DNA of 64,000 nucleotides from Planctomycetota bacterium (GTDB lineage Bacteria; Planctomycetota; B15-G4): NCBI GenBank assembly GCA_965248575.1, contig CBDFJQ010000002.1, positions 4,672,001 to 4,736,000 of the forward strand, read 5' to 3'. Shown piece by piece: positions 56,630 to 64,000 of this stretch (position 1 is its first letter; each line of letters starts with the position of its first letter). The notes under the pieces were generated by a model. It saw only the letters and a program-made list of their open reading frames with translations, ran no database searches and was not told where the DNA came from. The position numbers and the translations under genes were made by a program.

Positions 56630-59140
56630 GTGAACGTGAAGATGCGTGGGGCCGTCATTGGCGGGGCTGTTCTGCTGGCTGTGGTTGTTGTCATGGTCGC
56701 CTTGCTCGACGACGCCGGTGCCGGAGAAGGGCCGGTGATCTCGGTTGCGCCACAAGGCGCACCGGCCATGGGTGTCCCGGACGGGCTCGAGTCAACCGAG
56801 CTCCCCGTGCTGGCGGAGGCGGCGCCTGCGGGACTGGAGTTTGCGGAGGCGCCCGAGCAAGCTGCGAAGGTCAGCAGCCCCGAGCCTGCCCTCGTCATCC
56901 GCGGCCTGGTTCTGGCGCCCAACGGGACGCCAGTGGAAGGCGCCGTGCTCGTGCTGTCGAAGGACGCCCAGGACGCACCCGCCCTCGACACTCAGCTCTC
57001 CAATTCCGAGGGGCGGTTTCGATTCGAGTTCCAGGAGCACCAAGAGGACGCCGAACGTCTCTCCGTGACGGCTGAGGGTTTTGCTCCCATGTCCATGAGC
57101 GGCACGGGCTTTTCGGACGAGGAGTTCGAGGTGCGCCTGCACTGGACGGCCACGGTGTCGGGCGTGGTGCGCGACGTCGAGACCGGCGCTCCGGTCGCGC
57201 GTGCCCTGGTGTCGAGCGGCCGTACTCCCGTCGAGACTGCTTCTGATGGCTCCTACAGCCTGGACGGTGTCCTGGTGGGTTGGGAGTCCGGGATCACGGT
57301 GCAGCACGAGGACTACGCCCGGGAAGTCGTGAGCTTCTTGCTGAAGAACCCCGAGGCGGTGGAGGTGGATGTAGAGCTCGAACGGGGCGTGCTTGTGGAA
57401 TGCAGCGTCGTGGACCGGCAATCGGGAGAGCCGGTACAGGGCGCCGAGATCCGCCGCTACGTGCGTGGCGATGCCTTCGCGAAGGTGGACGGCAGCGGGC
57501 GCTTCAACATGCGCCTGAGCAAGAACGACGGCGAAGGCGATCGTTCCATCACGGTGACCCACCCGGACTACTGCCCGCTGCAATGGAGCTGGCAGGGCGA
57601 CGACGTCGCGCCCGGACTTTCGCCGCGTCTGCCTCTGGAGCGCCCGGCCTGGATCGATGTGCGCCTCGTCGACGTGGAGGGCGAGCTGGTGCAGGGTGCG
57701 GGTGTGTACGCCTCGTTGGACCTGTTCCCGGCGGGGCGGCTGCCGCCGGAGACACTGGCGGCCTTCGGTTTGCCTGGCTCGGCGTCGGACGGGGACCCCT
57801 CCGACGCATTGCCCCCGCTGGACGATCTCCCGGGCGTGGCCCAGGTGCCCGTACTCCCGTCGGAGAAGGACTACACCTTGAGCGCCTGGCACCCAGACTA
57901 TGTGTCGGCCAAATCGGAACCGCTCCAGCTGCGTCTGCCGGACGGCCGTGTGTCGGTGGATCTCGTGCTGCACCAAGGAGGCTCGATCGTCGGTTGCTTG
58001 ATGCGCGACGCTGAGCCCCTGGACTTTGTGGAGGTGCGTTGCACGGACGCCCAGGGGAAGTACCTCGGGCGCGGCTACACTTCACAGAAGGGTGAATTCG
58101 CCCTGAAGAACCTGCGTGTTGGCGAGGCCACCCTCACGGTGCAGGGTGTCATGCACGGCCAGGTGCTGTACGAGGCCGTGCTGACGGTAGAGGCAGGCCG
58201 AGAGCTCGTGCACGACATCGCTTTGGAGACGGAGCAGCAGGCGTTGGACACGCTGGAGGGTCGCGTGGCTTGGGCGAATGGCGAAGCCGTCACCCAGAAA
58301 GGCGTGGGGGCGCGGGTTGCAGGCAATGCGCGGGGCTTGCAGATTGCGTCCACGCAGACCGACGAGACGGGGGCCTATGTGCTGGAAGTCCCGGCGGGCG
58401 GCGTCTACGACGTCTGGATTCCTCACGTCACGGAGGTGCTGCGCGAGGCGGTGCCGGCCGGATCGCGCGGGGTGAACTTCGTCTTGCCACTCATCTCGAC
58501 CTTCACGCTCGTACTGCGCGATGTGGCGACGGGCGAGCCGGTGCAGGGGGAGGGCTCCCGGCTCATGCGGCGCTGGCTCTCCTGGCGCCAAGCAGGAGCC
58601 CTGCGCTTCCGCACCACGACCACGGACATCGACATCCACGGCAAGGCGGCCTTGGAGTTGCCCGTGGGCGCGGTGGACCTGGCCATCGACCTGGAGAGTG
58701 ACGGCTTCCAACCCCTGCGCCTGCACGGAGTCTCGGTGCCCGAGCTGCCGTCCCCACACCCTTACGAGGTGCTGCTTCAGAAGGGAGCGGAAGTCGACTT
58801 TCAGCTCGTGGACGTCTCGACGGGTCAGAAGGTACGGCCTGCAGACCATCTCGTGTACGTCGTGCCCGAGGCCAAGCGCGACCTCATCCGGCAACCCGCC
58901 GAAGGTGAACGGGCCTACCACCGGATCAACGGCGTCGAGGTGCTCATCGAGGACCCCGAGCTTGGCGGGCGACGCCTGAAGTTGCGCGAAGAAGGCAAGG
59001 CCGTTCAAGGGGGCCTGGAGCCGGGGCGCTATTACCTGATGGCCTTCCCGCCCGATCTGGTCCTGGAGCCAGCGAGCTTCACCATCCCGCGCGCGGCAGA
59101 CGAACCGCTGGAGGTGCGCTGGGCGCCGCTCGGAGGCTGA
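56630..59140 (+). CDS. Carboxypeptidase-regulatory-like (Ig/prealbumin-fold) repeat protein with N-terminal membrane anchor
   Basis: Repeated GxVxDxxGxPVxGA...TDxxGxF/Y units. Confidence 0.8.
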   Translation: MNVKMRGAVIGGAVLLAVVVVMVALLDDAGAGEGPVISVAPQGAPAMGVPDGLESTELPVLAEAAPAGLEFAEAPEQAAKVSSPEPALVIRGLVLAPNGTPVEGAVLVLSKDAQDAPALDTQLSNSEGRFRFEFQEHQEDAERLSVTAEGFAPMSMSGTGFSDEEFEVRLHWTATVSGVVRDVETGAPVARALVSSGRTPVETASDGSYSLDGVLVGWESGITVQHEDYAREVVSFLLKNPEAVEVDVELERGVLVECSVVDRQSGEPVQGAEIRRYVRGDAFAKVDGSGRFNMRLSKNDGEGDRSITVTHPDYCPLQWSWQGDDVAPGLSPRLPLERPAWIDVRLVDVEGELVQGAGVYASLDLFPAGRLPPETLAAFGLPGSASDGDPSDALPPLDDLPGVAQVPVLPSEKDYTLSAWHPDYVSAKSEPLQLRLPDGRVSVDLVLHQGGSIVGCLMRDAEPLDFVEVRCTDAQGKYLGRGYTSQKGEFALKNLRVGEATLTVQGVMHGQVLYEAVLTVEAGRELVHDIALETEQQALDTLEGRVAWANGEAVTQKGVGARVAGNARGLQIASTQTDETGAYVLEVPAGGVYDVWIPHVTEVLREAVPAGSRGVNFVLPLISTFTLVLRDVATGEPVQGEGSRLMRRWLSWRQAGALRFRTTTTDIDIHGKAALELPVGAVDLAIDLESDGFQPLRLHGVSVPELPSPHPYEVLLQKGAEVDFQLVDVSTGQKVRPADHLVYVVPEAKRDLIRQPAEGERAYHRINGVEVLIEDPELGGRRLKLREEGKAVQGGLEPGRYYLMAFPPDLVLEPASFTIPRAADEPLEVRWAPLGG

Positions 59141-59156
59141 GGGGTGGTCTGTCGGC

Positions 59157-59492
59157 TCAGCCCTCGAAGCTGGAGTGCGGGGCCATCACCACCAGCAGGG
59201 TGGCCTCGGCATCGGACACGTTCTCCACGCCATGCGGCACCCCCGCGGGGGCTATGGCCAGCCCACCGGGCGCCAGCTCGCGGGTCAGCACACCGATGGT
59301 GACAAGGGTCGACCCGCTCAGCGCGTGGTAGATCTTGTCGCTGCCCGCGTGCGCGTGGATCTTCTGCAGCTGGCCGGGTCGCAGGCAGTAGACGTCGCAG
59401 AACATGTGCTGCGACTCGTGCAGGTTCACCTTGCTCAGCTTGTCGTCGCGAAAGGTCGCTGCGGCGTGCACGTCGTGGAAGTGATCCGTCAT
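59157..59492 (-). CDS. Cupin domain protein
   Basis: PGQLQKIHAH...APAGVPHGVEN. Confidence 0.88.
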   Translation of the reverse strand: MTDHFHDVHAAATFRDDKLSKVNLHESQHMFCDVYCLRPGQLQKIHAHAGSDKIYHALSGSTLVTIGVLTRELAPGGLAIAPAGVPHGVENVSDAEATLLVVMAPHSSFEG

Positions 59493-59700
59493 CTGTGGTC
59501 CGCCGTTTGGGTGGGTCAGAGTCCTGAGGCTGCCCCGGCACGCCTCCACAAAGCCGACTCGGTCGGTACACTACCATCGGCTGCTGGAGCGCACGGGGGA
59601 GTCCGCTGCGGGAGCCAGCACCCGCAAACCCTCGGCGATCTCTACGCCACACCCATCTCGACCTCGACCTGACCGTGCACCTCCGAGACCCGATGTGCTC

Positions 59701-62118
59701 ATGACTCTCGCCATGACAGTGCTGGGCAGGCCAGGGAAGCAGCGCAGGGTCTTCCACGCGGCTGCCAAACGAGCCGGTGTCGGAGCGCCGTCGGCGTGGT
59801 CCGCTGCACCGCCACCGGCCTGGCGGTACAACTGGGGTTTCGGCTGGGCGCTGCTCGTGGTGTCGGTTGCTTGCTTTGGATGTTCCGAGCCCGGAAATCC
59901 TGCGGGGGGCTCGCCCAACACCGTGCAGGCGGATGAACCGGAGGCGGCGGAGCGCCTGGTCCTGCGCCCCGGCGACTCGCTGCTCGATTCCCTGGGCTCT
60001 GCGAGATTGGTGCAACACCCTGAGACGGTTTTGCCGCCAGCCGTGGCCGAGCTGGCGCAGGGGGCGTTGGTGGACTGGTTCGCCCCGCTCCCACCCGACG
60101 TCTGGAAGGCCACTCCGGAGCACCACGTGCCCACGGATGTGCAGCCGCTCATGGACGCCGATCCGGGCCTCACGCTTTGGTACACGGTGCCGCCCCTCTC
60201 GGCGCCGGCGGACGGCGAGGAGCTGAACGCCTATCTCTTCCAGGGCGTGCCGGTGCCAACCTGGGATGGCAGTGCGCAGGGCCTGCGAACGGCCCCGGTG
60301 CTGTGGTATCCGAGACGGCATGGCCTCTTGGCCCTCGCGCACGCGCCACCCGAGGGCGTGGAGTCCCGGCTGCGCATCGCGTCGTCCGTCGAATTCGGTG
60401 GGATGGAACGCGGCCGACTGCTCTTGGGGCGCGAGCCGCAGCCCGCCGACATGCTCGAACGCTTCGAGCTCGGTGACGTGGACCGGCCTGCCTTGTTGCT
60501 TGCGTCGGGCGCCGCGCTCGAGTGGAGCGTCGATTCCTGGGAGGCCGACGGGATCGAGATCGCGCTGGGCCTGATGGACCAGGGTTGGATCGAGGTAGAG
60601 GGATCGTTGCTGCGGACCACCTCCCGCAGCGATGGCGTCACCTTGGCCGTGGAGCTGGATGGCCGGCGCGTTTGGGAACGGACGCTCCCGCCTGAGGCGG
60701 CCGGAACGATGTGGCAGGAGGAGGTTCTGCAGATTCCGGTCCCACGCGGCGAGGGTTTCACCCTGCGCCTGCTGACGGAGGGCGGACCGGCGGGAGAGGC
60801 CACGGGCGACTACGCCGTGTGGGGTTCCCTGCGCGCGGTGGGCCGCCCGACACGCGCTCCTGGCCGACCTCATGTGGTCCTGATCGACATCGACACGCTG
60901 CGCGCGGATCGCCTGGCGGCCTACCGATCGCCAGCGACCGCCAAACCCGAGGCCCGGGTGACCACACCGGGCATCGACGCGTGGGCGTCGGCACACGCCA
61001 TGGTCTACACCGACTCCGTGTCCACGGCTTCCTGGACCCTACCGGCCACCGTGTCGATGCTGACAGGGCTCGCCGTACACCAGCACGGTGTGGACGCTCA
61101 CGAAGAGGCGCTAGGGCCTGGTGTGGCGACCCTCGCTTCGAGGTTGGGCGACGCCGGGTACGAGACCTGGGCCATGGTCACGGGCGCCTTCCTCGACACG
61201 CGCTACGGCTGCTCCCTGGGCTTCGATCGCTACGAGAGCCGAGAGCCGCGCCACATGGATTGGGAGCCCGCCATCGGCAGGCTCCTGGCGAACGACAGCG
61301 AGCGGCCGCTCTTCATCTTCCTGCAGACGTATGCCGTGCATCAACCGTACCCGCACGACGAGCTGTTCGCGGACCCGGAGTTCAGCGGTTTCCTCGCGGG
61401 GCAAGAGGTCAACCGACGCAGCGTGTTCTTGCCGGTGGAGCAGGGCAAACTCGACCTCTCGGACGACGAGCTCGCCCATGTGGAGGCCATGTACGACGCG
61501 CTGGTGGTGCGCATGGACCAAGCGGTGGCGCGCTTCCTCGTGCAGCTTGGGGAGAGCGTGGACCCGGAGCACTTGCTGATCGTGTTCACCTCGGACCACG
61601 GGGAGGGTTTCCTGGAGCACGGCTTGCTGTCGCACGGGAAGACGCTGCACGGGGAGATGCTGCGGGTGCCGCTGGTGGTGCAGTACCCGGACGGCACGAA
61701 GGGCTTGGACGCCCGCCCCGTCTCGGGGCTGGACGTCGTTCCGACGGTCCTGGACGTGGTGGGTCTGTCGCCGGAATCGGGTCTGCCGGGGCGCTCGCTC
61801 CGGGCCGAGCCAGAGGCGGACACCGTGCGCATGGCCGAACTGGACGGCCGGCACCAGGCGCTCAACAGCGGCGGCTACAAGTTGATGCAGTCAGACGGCG
61901 GGCGGACCGATGTGCGGCTGTTCCGTTTGGGCGAAGACCCCCAGGAGCACCGGAATCGCGCTGCCGACTTGCCCGAGATCGTGGACGATCTACGGCGGCG
62001 CCTGGATTGGTTCCAGGCGACGTACCCTCCGTCGGCCGAAGGCTCGGCCCGCACGATCTCGCCGGGCGCCGAGCAGATCGAACAGCTTCGGGCGCTCGGG
62101 TACCTGGGCGACGGCTGA
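59701..62118 (+). CDS. Sulfatase-like hydrolase/transferase with an N-terminal accessory domain
   Basis: LIDIDTLRADRL, WTLPATVSMLTG, VHQPY, TSDHGEGF, LRALGY. Start uncertain. Confidence 0.9.
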   Translation: MTLAMTVLGRPGKQRRVFHAAAKRAGVGAPSAWSAAPPPAWRYNWGFGWALLVVSVACFGCSEPGNPAGGSPNTVQADEPEAAERLVLRPGDSLLDSLGSARLVQHPETVLPPAVAELAQGALVDWFAPLPPDVWKATPEHHVPTDVQPLMDADPGLTLWYTVPPLSAPADGEELNAYLFQGVPVPTWDGSAQGLRTAPVLWYPRRHGLLALAHAPPEGVESRLRIASSVEFGGMERGRLLLGREPQPADMLERFELGDVDRPALLLASGAALEWSVDSWEADGIEIALGLMDQGWIEVEGSLLRTTSRSDGVTLAVELDGRRVWERTLPPEAAGTMWQEEVLQIPVPRGEGFTLRLLTEGGPAGEATGDYAVWGSLRAVGRPTRAPGRPHVVLIDIDTLRADRLAAYRSPATAKPEARVTTPGIDAWASAHAMVYTDSVSTASWTLPATVSMLTGLAVHQHGVDAHEEALGPGVATLASRLGDAGYETWAMVTGAFLDTRYGCSLGFDRYESREPRHMDWEPAIGRLLANDSERPLFIFLQTYAVHQPYPHDELFADPEFSGFLAGQEVNRRSVFLPVEQGKLDLSDDELAHVEAMYDALVVRMDQAVARFLVQLGESVDPEHLLIVFTSDHGEGFLEHGLLSHGKTLHGEMLRVPLVVQYPDGTKGLDARPVSGLDVVPTVLDVVGLSPESGLPGRSLRAEPEADTVRMAELDGRHQALNSGGYKLMQSDGGRTDVRLFRLGEDPQEHRNRAADLPEIVDDLRRRLDWFQATYPPSAEGSARTISPGAEQIEQLRALGYLGDG

Positions 62119-62181
62119 GGCTCAAGCCCTCAGAGCGGCGATGAGGTCGAACTGGCAGATGCTGCCCATGCCAGGTGCCGT

Positions 62182-63279
62182 TCAACTCGGTGGGGTCATC
62201 TTGCTCAGGGCGCTCTGGACCGCGTCTTCCACCAGCTGGAACAGGTCGTCTTCCTCCGCCTCCTGCGCCCGGTGCGCGCGGCGCCGGACAGCTCGGAAGG
62301 CCATCAGCGCATAGGCGATGAAGAAGACCCCTGTGATCGCCTGGGCCATGACCAGCGCCCGCCCTTCACGGCTGTTTGGGACGATGTCCCCGAAGCCGAG
62401 TGTCGTCATCGAGACGGTGCTCAGATAGATGAAGTCAAAGAGGTCCCAGTCAGGTTGAGCCGCCGTGCGCTCGACGAGTTCTTGCTCGTACTGATCCCTG
62501 TGCTGTTGTAGCTGTTGCACGAAGGAGAGCAGGTGGACCTGCAGTTCGTCCAGGGAGTCGGAGTCCTTGACCTCCTCCCACGTGCGCTCGACCCTCGACG
62601 GGCCGCCCACCGGAATGAGCGGGAAGAGATCACCATCCGCCCCTACGTACCACTCACCTCGCCCCAGTCGTGGGTCAGCCGGCGGCCCCTCTGGCGCTGT
62701 GAATCCCAGCACCAAGCCGTCCGGGAGGCGGCGTTCCGTGCGCAGCCCAGGCTCTGCTGAGACGAGCTCCCAGGCCACGTCTGGAAAGCGCTGGAGACGC
62801 GACGCGAGCAGCAAGGTGCGATTCACCCGAGCCAGTGCATCATAGTCCTGCCCGAAGGACTCGAGCGCCTGCCCCTCTTGGATCGCGGAGCTGAAGGAGT
62901 AGCTCATGGGGTTCCTCAGGAAGCTCTTGTAGTACAGGCACCCAAAGATCACGGCCAGGAAGATATAGGCGTAGAGCATCAGGACGACGAGGCCCAGGTC
63001 GGACGTCGTGTGCCAAGCCATGACCGTGGTCAGGACCAACGCCAGAATTGCCGTCAGCAGGACGACCTGCGGCGAGAGCCAGTCGAGGCTGGCGTCCGGG
63101 GCGCTGTAGAGGAGCGTAATCGTGAGGGCGTGGAGGCCGACAGCGAAAGAGAACACCGGACTGTTCCGGACCAAATCTCTGAGCATGTCCTCGAAGGTCC
63201 ACTGAACCGCACCGTCACTCCTTGCTCCGTTTGGGGCGGCGGTCTTTGGGCCGGGAGGCCGTCCTTTGTGGTTTGCCAT
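62182..63279 (-). CDS. Potassium channel family (Ion_trans_2) protein
   Basis: FIYLSTVSMTTLGFGDIVP pore motif plus flanking TM helices. Confidence 0.88.
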   Translation of the reverse strand: MANHKGRPPGPKTAAPNGARSDGAVQWTFEDMLRDLVRNSPVFSFAVGLHALTITLLYSAPDASLDWLSPQVVLLTAILALVLTTVMAWHTTSDLGLVVLMLYAYIFLAVIFGCLYYKSFLRNPMSYSFSSAIQEGQALESFGQDYDALARVNRTLLLASRLQRFPDVAWELVSAEPGLRTERRLPDGLVLGFTAPEGPPADPRLGRGEWYVGADGDLFPLIPVGGPSRVERTWEEVKDSDSLDELQVHLLSFVQQLQQHRDQYEQELVERTAAQPDWDLFDFIYLSTVSMTTLGFGDIVPNSREGRALVMAQAITGVFFIAYALMAFRAVRRRAHRAQEAEEDDLFQLVEDAVQSALSKMTPPS

Positions 63280-63469
63280 CGTGGTCCTCCGGACAGAAGA
63301 AGTAGGCCAGTCGATTCCGACCCCAACCCTTCATAGCCGGTCTGTCCCCCTGGCAACCTCGTTCCCCCTTGCGCGTTACCCTTCCTAGCGCTGTGGACTG
63401 CCCTCAACTGTCCGTTGTCCTTGGGCATCCCAGGTATGATCCCAGCCTAGGTCTTGGGGGATCCTCATC

Positions 63470-64000
63470 ATGCGCACCTGGCCACAGTTCGCAATTTGGC
63501 CCTTGCTGGCACTGCTCGCTGGCGATGTTCACGCTGGGCCGGTTCAAGAGTCGCCAACAGGTCAAGAGTCGCCTGATGATCAGGAATCGGTCCAACCTCT
63601 GGTCTCGAACGAGTCGGCGTCGCAAGCCGTTGCGCTGCGTGACCAAGCCATCAAGCTCCTGAATCAGGCCGACAACGAAGGCGCGCTGCTGCTCCTGAGC
63701 GACGCCTTGCTCCTCGATGGGTCTTACGGGGATGCACATCGGACTCGCAGCGCTGCGCTCATGAATCTCGGGCGCTACGAAGAGGCCATGACGGCATGTC
63801 GCGCGGCGTTGCGTTGCAATCCGCTCGATGCGAAGGCTCTCTTCAACATGACCTTGATCCGCCGCGACCATCTCGAGGACCTGCCCCAGGCGCTCTTCTT
63901 GAGCGAACAGGTTGTCCGCGTGAACAGGCAGGCTGCGGACTCCTACAGCCTGCGCGCGTCGATACTCGTCAGGCTTGGACAGCACAAGCGAGCGCTCAAG
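63470..64000 (+). CDS. Secreted TPR protein (partial)
   Basis: Manual translation MRTWPQFAIWPLLALLAGDVHA...AHRTRSAALMNLGRYEEAMTACRAALRCNPLDAKALFN; open to the window end. Confidence 0.8.
   Translation, partial: MRTWPQFAIWPLLALLAGDVHAGPVQESPTGQESPDDQESVQPLVSNESASQAVALRDQAIKLLNQADNEGALLLLSDALLLDGSYGDAHRTRSAALMNLGRYEEAMTACRAALRCNPLDAKALFNMTLIRRDHLEDLPQALFLSEQVVRVNRQAADSYSLRASILVRLGQHKRALK

Overview
High-GC bacterial DNA. The many signal-peptide proteins, sulfatase-like enzymes and FG-GAP/choice-of-anchor proteins suggest an uncultured Planctomycetota-like genome (inference). No rRNA, tRNA, CRISPR array or transposase was recognised. The left and centre hold a cell-surface/secretome cluster: two beta-helix proteins, a GT2-methyltransferase fusion with a GT-C-like partner, a choice-of-anchor B protein, an FG-GAP protein, a 3125-aa repeat adhesin and a collagen-like protein with 425 apparently uninterrupted Gly-X-Y triplets. 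EF-G2 and a run of accessory genes are also present (orphan ParB, TIR-TM, AraC/VOC pairs, CPCC, serine hydrolase, transglutaminase, ApaG, K+ channel). Highlights: (1) a hidden selenoprotein split by the ORF caller (lipoprotein thioredoxin-fold, U-P-F-C, hairpin after the UGA), in an apparent operon with the giant adhesin and a STAS protein; (2) a shared ~110-125 aa C-terminal domain on four unrelated secreted proteins, a candidate sorting/anchoring signal; (3) an un-called ricin-lectin + Cry-domain-I-like toxin candidate at the left edge; (4) normally cytoplasmic enzyme families given N-terminal export signals.
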